The notes under the pieces are model-generated. The model saw nothing but the letters and a program-made list of their open reading frames with translations. It was not told the origin of the DNA and ran no database searches. Position numbers and translations under genes: made by a program. Source: Candidatus Nanosyncoccus sp. (GTDB lineage Bacteria > Patescibacteriota > Saccharimonadia > Saccharimonadales > Saccharimonadaceae). From it: a stretch of 59,673 nucleotides of DNA. Below are positions 1 through 9,500 of the stretch, one piece after another (position 1 is the first letter of the stretch; the number at the start of each line of letters is the position of its first letter). Location: contig JAZQBP010000008.1 in the NCBI GenBank assembly GCA_045545815.1, positions 1-59,673 of the forward strand. Reading direction: 5' to 3'.

Positions 1-331
1 TGCTCTTTAGTACTGTGTTACCATATTCTTCATTAGTGTAGCCTATGGCATAGATGGAGAAGCCAGAAGTATCATTACAGTAGGCTTTTAGTGTAGTTTC
101 TCCAATGCCTATACCATTTACATCATCTCCACGATAGGTACCATTTTCTATAGTAGCTGTATGAGAGTTCATGCCTGTGCCTACCATGGTACAGGTGACT
201 GGGATGGTGATGGAGACGTTGTTTATGCCGGAGTCTTCGGCGGAAGAGTGAGAAGATATCAGAAGGCTCCCGGAAATAAGTGTCAGAACTAGTAGGCTGA
301 GAGCGATATTAGAAAGATATCTAGTTGTCAT
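1..331 (-). CDS. N-terminal part of a FISUMP-family surface protein (runs off window start)
   Basis: Manual translation MTTRYLSNIALSLLVLTLISGSLL...TTLKAYCNDTSGFSIYAIGY is a clear paralogue of the N-terminus of 56269-58017. Confidence 0.8.
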   Translation of the reverse strand, partial: MTTRYLSNIALSLLVLTLISGSLLISSHSSAEDSGINNVSITIPVTCTMVGTGMNSHTATIENGTYRGDDVNGIGIGETTLKAYCNDTSGFSIYAIGYTNEEYGNTVLKS

Positions 332-428
332 ACATGTGTTCCATTCATGATTATATTTATGTTTAAATTATAGCATAATAAAACCAAAACAAACAAAAAT
401 CGCCAAACGGCGATTCTAATAATAAATA

Positions 429-504
429 TGGAGCCGAGTGTCGGGCTTGAACCGACGACCTGCCGCTTACAAGGCGGCTGCTCTACCAGCTGAGCTAACT
501 CGGC
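429..504 (-). tRNA. tRNA-Thr(TGT)
   Basis: 76-nt cloverleaf, anticodon arm GCCGC-CTTGTAA-GCGGC, GGTTCAA T-loop, encoded CCA. Confidence 0.95.
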
Positions 505-527
505 GTCCATACCATTATAACATATTT

Positions 528-1079
528 TTAATAATTTGTGGCCTTAATTTCAAAATACGATTGCGGATGCGCACAAACCGGACAGACTTCTGGCGCCTCC
601 TTACCGACAACGATATGCCCACAATTACGACAGACCCAGATCATATCGCCATCGCGCGAGAACACTTTTTTATCCTTCACGTTCGCAAGTAGTTTCCGAT
701 ATCTCTCTTCGTGGGATTTTTCAATCTCTGCTACCTCCTCAAATTTCTTAGCTAGCTCTTCAAATCCTTCCTCACGCGCTGTCTCCGCAAAGCCCTTATA
801 CATGTCCGTCCACTCATAATTCTCGCCGTCAGCCGCAGCTTCAAGATTGATGTCGGTCGACTCTACTGCACCACCATGCAGCTCCTTATACCACATCTTA
901 GCGTGTTCCTTTTCATTTGCCGCGGTCTCTGCAAAGATCGCCGCGATCTGCTCAAAACCATCTTTCTTCGCTTTAGAAGCAAAGAAATCGTATTTATTAC
1001 GCGCCTCCGACTCGCCCGCAAAAGCCTTTTTTAGATTCTCTTCAGTCTTTGTGCCTTCATACTTCGTCTTCATTATCAC
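528..1079 (-). CDS. rbr: Rubrerythrin
   Basis: [26 protein letters not shown] diiron motifs plus C-terminal CxxC...CxxC rubredoxin domain. Confidence 0.95.
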   Translation of the reverse strand: MIMKTKYEGTKTEENLKKAFAGESEARNKYDFFASKAKKDGFEQIAAIFAETAANEKEHAKMWYKELHGGAVESTDINLEAAADGENYEWTDMYKGFAETAREEGFEELAKKFEEVAEIEKSHEERYRKLLANVKDKKVFSRDGDMIWVCRNCGHIVVGKEAPEVCPVCAHPQSYFEIKATNY

Positions 1080-1085
1080 CTCCTA

Positions 1086-1853
1086 TTAGATACAAGTGTA
1101 TCCGCCATCTACTGGCATAATTAGTCCTGTTACATAAGAAGCCTCTTCTGAAGCCAAGAATACAGCAGCTGCATCTAGCTCGCCAGGCTTACCATATCGT
1201 TGCATTGGTACGTGAGTCTTTGCAAATTGTTGGAATTGATCGGTATCAAGCACCGCTTTTGTCAATTCGGTTTCAAAATACCCAGGACAGATTGCATTGC
1301 AAGTGATCCCATCCGTCGCAAGCTCAGCTGCCACGGCACGCGTGAAATTCACCACGGCTCCCTTCGACGTATGATAAGCGATCGTATGGATCTCGGTATT
1401 GCCAACTAGGCCATACATCGAGGCGATATTGATGATCCTACCGTACTTATTCTTTTTCATAATATTAGCAAAAGCGCGTGTCATCTTAAACACACTTGTC
1501 TCATCTGTGGCAATAGTAAAATCCCACTCCTCGTCAGTCATCTCAAGCACGCCTTTGTCTTTTGATGATCCAGCACAGTTAAGCAGGATGTCAACTCTAC
1601 CGAATTTCTTCTCAGTCTGTTTAGCTGCATTATTAATATCATCAGTCGAAGTCACATCACACTTAATCGCGAGTACTTCCGACGCGCCAGCTTTCATAAG
1701 CTTCGGCTTGAACTCTTCTAATCTTTCCATACGGCGCGCCAGTATTACGAGCTTAGCACCTTGTCTAGCAAAAGCCAAAGCCATCTGCTGTCCAAGTCCA
1801 CTTGAAGCCCCAGTCACTACCGCAACTTTATCTTTAAGATTAAACATATACAC
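1086..1853 (-). CDS. SDR family oxidoreductase (gluconate 5-dehydrogenase-like)
   Basis: TGASSGLG Rossmann motif, YHTSK catalytic motif, VDGG C-terminus. Confidence 0.9.
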   Translation of the reverse strand: MYMFNLKDKVAVVTGASSGLGQQMALAFARQGAKLVILARRMERLEEFKPKLMKAGASEVLAIKCDVTSTDDINNAAKQTEKKFGRVDILLNCAGSSKDKGVLEMTDEEWDFTIATDETSVFKMTRAFANIMKKNKYGRIINIASMYGLVGNTEIHTIAYHTSKGAVVNFTRAVAAELATDGITCNAICPGYFETELTKAVLDTDQFQQFAKTHVPMQRYGKPGELDAAAVFLASEEASYVTGLIMPVDGGYTCI

Positions 1854-1900
1854 TCCTTTCTATTTACATCATTATATCAAATTATGATATTATATAAAAC

Positions 1901-2566
1901 ATGAAGACGAATCGTAGTGCCACAATCACGCGCTCTGGCTATCTATTTATATTAGTCAACTTTATCTTAGCAGTTTTTAATTTTATCGTCGGGATCGTCG
2001 CAAATTCCATCGCGATCACTTCCGATGCGATTCATAGTCTTATCGACTCAATCTCAGGATTTTTAGTCGTGATCAGCGAAAAACTCGCCAATCATCGTAA
2101 ATTCACCGCTCATCGTGCTAAGATTGAACGGATTACTACTATTATAATTGCTATAATCATCATAGCAGTTGGAATTCATATCATCATAGAAGCCATCGAG
2201 AAGATCTTATCTCCAGAAGAACCTGATTACTCTTTTGCCACGATTATAGTACTTATTGCCAGTATAGCCTTGAAGTATATCCTAGCAGACTATCTTAAGA
2301 AGACGGGGCGCTCAGTAAAGTCGGATGTCCTAATCGCCTCCGGTGCCGAGACCATGAACGATACCTGGATATCAGTAGCAGTACTTATATCTGCTATCTT
2401 CTACCTAATCTGGCACATAGATATTGAAGCTTATGTCAGTATCATCATCTCAGTAATTATTCTCAAGATCGGTCTCGAATTCATCTTTCCGCATATCTCT
2501 AACCATCACCACCATCATCTTGAATCTGATCCCGACCATGACCACTGTCACAAATCGAAAAAATAA
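1901..2566 (+). CDS. Cation diffusion facilitator family transporter
   Basis: SIAITSDAIHSLID motif, about 6 hydrophobic helices, His-rich tail. Confidence 0.85.
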   Translation: MKTNRSATITRSGYLFILVNFILAVFNFIVGIVANSIAITSDAIHSLIDSISGFLVVISEKLANHRKFTAHRAKIERITTIIIAIIIIAVGIHIIIEAIEKILSPEEPDYSFATIIVLIASIALKYILADYLKKTGRSVKSDVLIASGAETMNDTWISVAVLISAIFYLIWHIDIEAYVSIIISVIILKIGLEFIFPHISNHHHHHLESDPDHDHCHKSKK

Positions 2567-2947
2567 AACCATATAATTAAGCAATCATTTAATCTCGCTA
2601 GAAGCATTTGTTATCAAAAACGATTTTATGTCTGCTTGCAATTTAATTAAGCACATATCAACATAGAAACATAAACACTTTGGGAGTTGTTAAAATACAT
2701 GAATAAAAAACACGAGATTTTATTTCTGGAACGTGCAAAGAAGGGTCTACTTTGTGGAAACTTCCAGTAATACTAGGTGTATTTTTCTTTATATCTAGTT
2801 TATTATTCCCTAGTACGAGGTAGATAAGAACGGACTCTTCTCTTACCTTTTCCCTTAGAAGACTTACGATTTCTTGTATATATTCTTAACTTGAGAAGCG
2901 GTATTTAGCAAATTGTTTATGGATAAAAAAATGTTATAATAATAGAC

Positions 2948-3553
2948 ATGAAGACAGCGGACTATCTTGGAAAAATAGTTACAATTAAAATCGATCGCCC
3001 AATGGGCAGTAAACATCCAAAACATGGCTTTATTTATCCAGTTAATTATGGTTTTGTGCCGAATACAAAATCTGCTGATGGCGAAGAGCTAGATGCATAT
3101 CTTTTAGGAGTTTTTGAACCAGTAGAAGAATATACTGGCAAGTGTATTGCATACATTAGAAGACTTGATGACGATGACGATAAATTAATTGTTGTCCCAA
3201 AAGACAAAAACTATTATCCCGATCAAATCGATTCACTCGTTGAATTCCAAGAACGATTCTTTAGCTATAAGATAAAATGCGATTCTGATACTTTATATAA
3301 CCTCGCATTACCCCATCCATATATGCTAGAAAAAATAATCGAAGATATAATTGAAACAGATGCGTTTAGTATTTCTCGTATTCAGGTTAAATTCTCGATG
3401 GGCCACGGTTTTGTAGCAAGAGTAGCAAATTTATTTTACGCACTCGGAATTATTGGGCCACAAAATGGCAATAAGCCTCGTGAACTATTAATAAAGGATC
3501 GTGACGAGATATTGCAAAAGATAGATAGTTTTAAAAATGAAAAAATAGCATAA
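2948..3553 (+). CDS. Inorganic pyrophosphatase fused to an FtsK-gamma-like winged helix
   Basis: YPVNYGFVPNTKSADGEELD and DDDDDKL (family I PPase); C-terminal SISRIQVKFSMGHGFVARV...GIIGPQNGNKPRELL resembles FtsK gamma. Confidence 0.75.
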   Translation: MKTADYLGKIVTIKIDRPMGSKHPKHGFIYPVNYGFVPNTKSADGEELDAYLLGVFEPVEEYTGKCIAYIRRLDDDDDKLIVVPKDKNYYPDQIDSLVEFQERFFSYKIKCDSDTLYNLALPHPYMLEKIIEDIIETDAFSISRIQVKFSMGHGFVARVANLFYALGIIGPQNGNKPRELLIKDRDEILQKIDSFKNEKIA

Positions 3554-3724
3554 ATAGAATACTTAGGCCAAGAAGAAAAGCCTACTACGTTTACGCAAGA
3601 ACAAGTTAACGATATCGTAAGCAAACGTCTTGCCGAAGCCAATTCTAGTTCGACTGGCGGCGGCGGTGCACATAATAACCTGCAACCATACATTACAGTC
3701 TACATGTGGAGACGAACAGCATAA
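3554..3724 (+). pseudogene. Start-less chimeric phage relic (scaffold N-terminus fused to tail-fibre C-terminus)
   Basis: Reads TFTQEQVNDIVSKRLAE (cf. 38867-39424 KTFTQDEVNALIQKRLGE) then GGGGAHNNLQPYITVYMWRRTA* (cf. 28566-28788). Confidence 0.75.
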
Positions 3725-3751
3725 AATTGCGTCTGATGATATAATAAAAGT

Positions 3752-4852
3752 ATGGTAAAAGACGATTACCAAGATCGAGCTCGCGGCATGCTCGTCGGTC
3801 TAGCGGTCGGCGATGCTCTTGGTGCGCCCGTAGAATTCTTACCTGATCCGTCAGATGTTTATATTAAAGAAATGGGCGATAAAATTGAACATTTCCATAA
3901 GAATTACCGCGTGCCAGAAGGTGTTTGGACTGACGATACGGAAATGGCGCTCTGTATGGCAGATAGTTTACTAGTCAACGAGGGATATGATTCGTATGAC
4001 ATCATGCGTAGATTCCAGGCCTGGAGCGAAGAAGGTTATCGAACATACGACGATAAACCGGCCTGTGACGTAGGGATGCAAACATCTCGTGCTATTGACG
4101 AATTTATCGCCCACCCAGTAGTACCAAAAGACTATCCAAAAACCGAATCTGCCGGTAATGGCGCAATCATGCGTCTCGCGCCGATTATTATCGCCAATAC
4201 TTTCTTAAATAAAAAATACCCAACCTTCCAAGATGGTTTCAAAAAAGGAAATCTTATAATTAATCCCAAAAATGATGACGGAGAATTTATCGATCTAAAG
4301 GATATTACGCCTACGATCGATATGGCAGTTCTGTCATGTCGCGAAACGCATAATTCTATTGCCGCCGAAGCAACGACGGCACTGTTTGCAACGATGCTTT
4401 ACTGCGCCTTGCATGAGCTTCCTAAAAACCATATTGTTTCGTATTGTGGACGTTGGATTATGAACGAAGAATATGACCACTTCTATCTCGATAACTCCGA
4501 AAAACTAATAAATAGAGCTTTAGAAAAAGACGGAGAGAAACTATGCAATCTCGGCGGATACATCGTTGATGCCTTCGCTATTGCTCTCTGGGGTTTGATA
4601 AACTTCAATAATTTCAAAGAAGGTATGATGGCGGTAATTAGATTAGGTGGAGACACCGATACTAATGGCGCAATCTATGGCCAACTCGCAGGTGCTTATT
4701 ACGGCTATAAGGCAATTCCGGAAGAATGGCGCGGGAACGTTTATTTAGCGGATGAATTAGTCGATATTGCTGATAAATTATTAGAAATGAAAAAATGTCC
4801 GATTATTCAGACAAGATTTGAAGACGATAAATATTTTAAGGAGAAAAAATGA
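3752..4852 (+). CDS. ADP-ribosylglycohydrolase (DraG/ARH family)
   Basis: GLAVGDALGAPVE, WTDDTEM, SAGNGAIMR, GGDTDTNGAIYG motifs. Confidence 0.92.
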   Translation: MVKDDYQDRARGMLVGLAVGDALGAPVEFLPDPSDVYIKEMGDKIEHFHKNYRVPEGVWTDDTEMALCMADSLLVNEGYDSYDIMRRFQAWSEEGYRTYDDKPACDVGMQTSRAIDEFIAHPVVPKDYPKTESAGNGAIMRLAPIIIANTFLNKKYPTFQDGFKKGNLIINPKNDDGEFIDLKDITPTIDMAVLSCRETHNSIAAEATTALFATMLYCALHELPKNHIVSYCGRWIMNEEYDHFYLDNSEKLINRALEKDGEKLCNLGGYIVDAFAIALWGLINFNNFKEGMMAVIRLGGDTDTNGAIYGQLAGAYYGYKAIPEEWRGNVYLADELVDIADKLLEMKKCPIIQTRFEDDKYFKEKK

Positions 4853-5184
4853 CAAAAGAAAAATGGCCAGGTTGGATTGGCAGGAGTAAAAACTCAGAAT
4901 ATTTGGAAAAAATAAAATTTGAGTACATTGTTAGCGCCGAATTCAAGAGAGATGATCCTTATTATGAAAAGATAGCATCCCTTTGGGATATTTCCCTTGA
5001 TTTAGATATCGATGGGCAAAAATCGCACGCATTTATAGATTGTACGGACCCTCTCGTCGAGAAGTTTGAAAATTATTTAAGCACCTCAAAAGATTTCGTT
5101 ATAACTGAAGATGAAAGGCCTATGCAGTACGGAAGATACGTTTACGAAAGAAAAGAAAATATAAAAGGTAAGAAAAATGGCTGA
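4849..5184 (+). CDS. Hypothetical protein
   Basis: 111-aa ORF overlapping both neighbours (ATGA coupling). Confidence 0.65.
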   Translation: MTKEKWPGWIGRSKNSEYLEKIKFEYIVSAEFKRDDPYYEKIASLWDISLDLDIDGQKSHAFIDCTDPLVEKFENYLSTSKDFVITEDERPMQYGRYVYERKENIKGKKNG

Positions 5185-5554
5185 TTACGACAAGTATGGC
5201 TTTATTACCGAACTAGACAAAAACAAAATCTTTGTTTTTGGAAGCAATGGTCAAGGTGCTCACCTTGGTGGAGCCGCTGCTACTGCCGTACATAAATTTG
5301 GAGCTAAGATGGGCCAAGCAGAGGGATTGCAGGGCCAAAGTTATGCCATTAACACCATGGACTCTGAAGACGAAATGTATGCCCAGATCGGCAGATTCCT
5401 AGATTTCGCCAAAAGCCACCCAGAGCTTATTTTCCTAGTAACGGAAATCGGATGCGGAATAGCAGGTTATAACCCAGAGCAAATTGCGCCACATTTTAAG
5501 GATCATTCTAAGAACGTAATTCTTCCAGACTCTTTTACTCGAATACTCAAGTAG
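5177..5554 (+). CDS. Macro-domain-like protein (A1S_2505-like family)
   Basis: IFVFGSNxxGxHxGGAA...GLQGQSYAI...VTEIGCGIAG signature. Confidence 0.75.
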   Translation: MADYDKYGFITELDKNKIFVFGSNGQGAHLGGAAATAVHKFGAKMGQAEGLQGQSYAINTMDSEDEMYAQIGRFLDFAKSHPELIFLVTEIGCGIAGYNPEQIAPHFKDHSKNVILPDSFTRILK

Positions 5555-5751
5555 CCTTTCCTGAGCCGACGCATTTATAGATATAGCGATACGTCGCGAG
5601 GAACTATCGCTTGGCAATCGAATGTACTAGTGGGTTGACCACTCTGAAACCATTTTCAACGAAATTACGAATGTCGATAACGGCACCAACGAAAAAAACC
5701 TCGTTCTACCTAGTCAAATGACTAAATGAAACGAGGTGTTTCTTGTGCTCA

Positions 5752-5827
5752 TGGAGCCGCCAACCAGGTTTGAACTGGTGACCTCATCCTTACCATGGAT
5801 GCGCTCTACCAACTGAGCTATAGCGGC
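5752..5827 (-). tRNA. tRNA-Thr(GGT)
   Basis: 76-nt cloverleaf, anticodon arm CATCC-ATGGTAA-GGATG, CCA end. Confidence 0.95.
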
Positions 5828-5870
5828 CTATACCCACAATTATATCATACTTTAATGATTCGTGAAATTT

Positions 5871-6422
5871 TTACTTACGAGAAGATCTACGTTTTTTGCT
5901 CTTCTTTTTCTTCTGTCCCAAGATATCTAAGCGTATAAAACCAATAATAGAAGACCCGACCTCAAGGAGGGTCATGATAAACAACGCATAATTCCCCGTC
6001 AGGATCGTGTAAATCAAATACGGCGAATTACCAAGCGCATTACCAAGCCTGATCCACTTGACATGACCATGCCAAAGGGTAAACGCGTAAATCAGTGAAC
6101 CAACATAAGGCAAAAGCGACAAAGGCCCAGCCCAGCTCAAAGCCGTCAAAATAGTCATGATGACGTAAATCACAATCAAGATCCAAAGCGGTGCACGTTT
6201 CTTATCATACTTTGTAAAGATTACATCTCGCACAAAGCTCACAATCGCCATATATGAGCCAGTAATCGCTCCTTTCACCCAATACTGAGCTACAATAAAG
6301 GCCTCTGACATCGTCTGGAGTACCATCAGTGGCTTTTTCTTCTTTAGTTGCATGCTTACAACAGTACAAATTAAAGCCAAAATACCAAATGTTTGCTCCA
6401 AAATAAAGGTGAATATCTCCAT
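5871..6422 (-). CDS. YgjV-like inner membrane protein
   Basis: Multi-pass hydrophobic 183-aa ORF with Q-x-K-K-K-K and GAITG features typical of YgjV. Confidence 0.7.
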   Translation of the reverse strand: MEIFTFILEQTFGILALICTVVSMQLKKKKPLMVLQTMSEAFIVAQYWVKGAITGSYMAIVSFVRDVIFTKYDKKRAPLWILIVIYVIMTILTALSWAGPLSLLPYVGSLIYAFTLWHGHVKWIRLGNALGNSPYLIYTILTGNYALFIMTLLEVGSSIIGFIRLDILGQKKKKSKKRRSSRK

Positions 6423-6457
6423 ACGACCATTATATCATAATCAATATAAAAGAGCGA

Positions 6458-6505
6458 AGCAAGAAAAAATGCCGAGATGCCGGCTTTTAACTCAAATAAT
6501 GGTGC
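6458..6505. repeat. 48-bp direct repeat, copy 1 (copy 2 at 10877-10924)
   Basis: agcaagaaaaaatgccgagatgccggctttta(a/g)ctcaaataatggtgc, one mismatch; ends in the complement of the tRNA-Tyr 3' end. Confidence 0.9.
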
Positions 6506-6597
6506 ACCTTAGTGAAAGAAGTTGTAACTATACTAAAGAAGGATTTGGCGGAAGAAAACTGTCTGAAGGTTATTTAAGTTTATAATTTAATTATGTA

Positions 6598-9500
6598 TTG
6601 AACAAAAAACATAAATGTAATAATATATATAGTATAGACATAAACAATGTGGAGGTAATAAAAATTAAGCTACTGAGTTCTAAGAACGGGTTTTCCTTGG
6701 TATGGACAATATTGTTTGCTACCTTTGTTTATTATTGTCCGTCTGTTTTTGCTGAAGACTACTCCATTTCTATGACTACTAGTGGAGCAGTAAATATTAT
6801 TGGTAATGCGGGTGAAATAGCAATAGAATCTAGTGATATCCACGTTGCAACTACTTGTAGGTCGGGTTATAATCTGGTGCTAGCTACTTCGACATCAGAT
6901 AATAATTTGTATCTAGATGGTATTAAAACAAACGATGCGGAGAGTGCCCACATTTCACCTTCAGATGGCACCACCGCCCTCATTAATGCTCCCAATACAT
7001 GGGGGTATTTACTATCTTCCATCGCTCCGACTCCAAATAATGTTTTCCTGCCAGTTTCGCCCGACCCACTAAATCCTTCTATAATTAAGACAGATGATGA
7101 GACCGCATCTGATCAAGATATTGACGACAATTTTGTTATTTATTATGCAGCCCATATCGGTACCAACTTGGCGAGCGGTGTTTATAAGATGATTCCAGAA
7201 GATAGCTCGATTTCTCCGGCGGTAAATGGCGGATTATCATATTATTTAACTGCGAGTCCTGACTGCAATGACAATCTAGACATTACTTTTAATAAAAACC
7301 TGGATGGCGAAGGCGGAGAGACAGGCGAGACGGTTAATAATTTTCCAGACAACTCAGATAATAATAAGGATTTAGAAAATCAAACGCTTACGTTATCGAC
7401 CAAACGCCCTACTCGGGATGGTTATATCTTCAAAGAATGGAACACCGAGACAGATGGTACTGGTAAAAACTATCAGCCTGGAGATGTTATTCCGATGAAC
7501 GCAGAAGGCCTTACTGGCTCGGTTACTCTTTATGCTATATGGGTGGCTAATTGTCCATCTGGTTATATTTGTTATGATGGCAACCATGCAGATGCAGGTG
7601 TTATGCCAAATCAAGAAGCGCAAGGTGGTAGCACCATAAGGCTCACTTCTACCAATTACAGTCGTTCTGGCTATGGTTTTGCTGGTTGGAATACTGCTCC
7701 GGACGGTACTGGCACCCAATACGGCCCGCAACAAAATTTCTCTATGCCCAGTACTGGCGGCGTCAATCTTTTCGCTACTTGGATTAAAGCATCTGGTACT
7801 TTCCAGGCTTGGTCTGGTGCATCCAATATGAATGTTGGCGAAGTCAAAGCTTTGAGAGACGTTCGGGATGATGAAGTATATGCCGTAGCTAAACTGGCAG
7901 ATGGTAATATATGGATGATAGAAAACTTGAGAATAGTCCCAAACACTGCCAGTTTTTCACTCATTAATACTAATAATCCTACGCAAGCTTTTCTCCAGGC
8001 TGTGCCAGGTTCTTCTTCCTCTGATAGTCAGTGTTCTTCTGACAATTCTACCTGTACAGACCAAGTCTTCTATTACGCCAATAATATGGACAGAAGTTTA
8101 AACCAATCTCCTACAGGAAATACAACAGCAAATGCATGGTATAGCTATGGTGTTATGTATAATTGGTATACAGCCACGGCCGGCAATGGTACTTATGATT
8201 TTGGCAGCACTAGCGGTCCAGACGAAGACGGTACTGTAGTGGGAGATATTTGTCCTGCTGGTTGGCATTTACCGACTGGTGGTTCGCCTGGTGAATATAA
8301 TAGTTTATCTACTAATTTGGGTGGGGTCGGTGCCACTGGAGCTAATGCTCTTCGTGCTTACCCTAACAATTTTATCTTTTCTGCTGATTTCAACCCTGAA
8401 AAAGGTTACCCTGACGCTCGTGGTAATCAGGGGCGCCTGTGGTCATCTACCGCTACTAGCGATAATGCTAAATCTTTTCGTATGGGCTATAATACTTCGA
8501 CTATTACTCCTGCTGGTAGCTGGAACAAATGGGATAATTTTGCGGTTCGTTGTATCTATCGAGGAGGCAACATCCCCTATGTGGATGTAGAAGTTGATTT
8601 TGGTGGTCATGGTATTACTGATGTAACTTTTTATAATGAAACTTACGGTACAGTAACCGTTACACCTAGTCATCCGGTCGCCCAAATAATTGCAAACACT
8701 CCATACACAATTACTGCTACCACCAATGTCGGTTATGAATTAAAAAATTGGGGCACGACAATAAATGGTACTTTATCAGACGCCTCTGCAAATCCCACCA
8801 ATTACACCGTTACAGACGAAGCAACTCTTACCGCAATAGGTAGAACTATCCCTACTTTCGATACTACAGTTACACTTCCGGCCAATGTACTAAGTGTTAG
8901 TTTTACTCACCCAGATTTTCCTACCCAAACTATTGATACGAGTGGCGGCGTTGTTTCTCTGAGACGAGGCGTTCCATATACTATCACGGCTTCTTTTGCG
9001 GACGGTTATACTCTCGATAATTGGATAGCTGGGCCTGACAGTACACTTGGATCAGTTTCATCTAATCCTACTACCTTTACCATCACGGACGACACTACTC
9101 TTACTCTGACTAGTAAAGAAGCAGTACTATCAACCTATACATTACACTATGATGCTGGAGATGGTACGGGCGCTCCAGATGACGATGTAGAGACTAGCTA
9201 TAACGATCATTATGAATTCACCATCAACGATACCATTCCATCCCTCTTTGATTACTCCTTCCTAGGATGGAGTGAAATAAGTGGTGCTTCTACTGCTACT
9301 TATGTTTATGACGCCGTCAATGGTACCTTTACCCCTAGCACTATTACTGTTACCAACTCCGATCCAGAGACCACTGCTGTCAGTAAGACTCTTTATGCGG
9401 TTTACCAAGAGGATGTCTGTCCTAGCGATCATATTTGTTATTATGGTAACGGCGCAAATAGTGGATCAATGAACAATCAAGCTGCCTCAAGTAACACTGC

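Noticed and set aside
328-510. 60-aa ORF, and similar ORFs at 10743-11114, 14497-14685 and 47961-48164
   Set aside because: They are translations of tRNA genes or tRNA fragments
2570-2900. Start-less open stretch on the minus strand in AT-rich DNA
   Set aside because: No start signal or recognisable motif; cannot support even a pseudogene call
5640-5751. Possible C-terminal remnant of a recombinase reading into tRNA-Thr(GGT)
   Set aside because: Interrupted by a stop, no catalytic motif, and I found no matching att duplication
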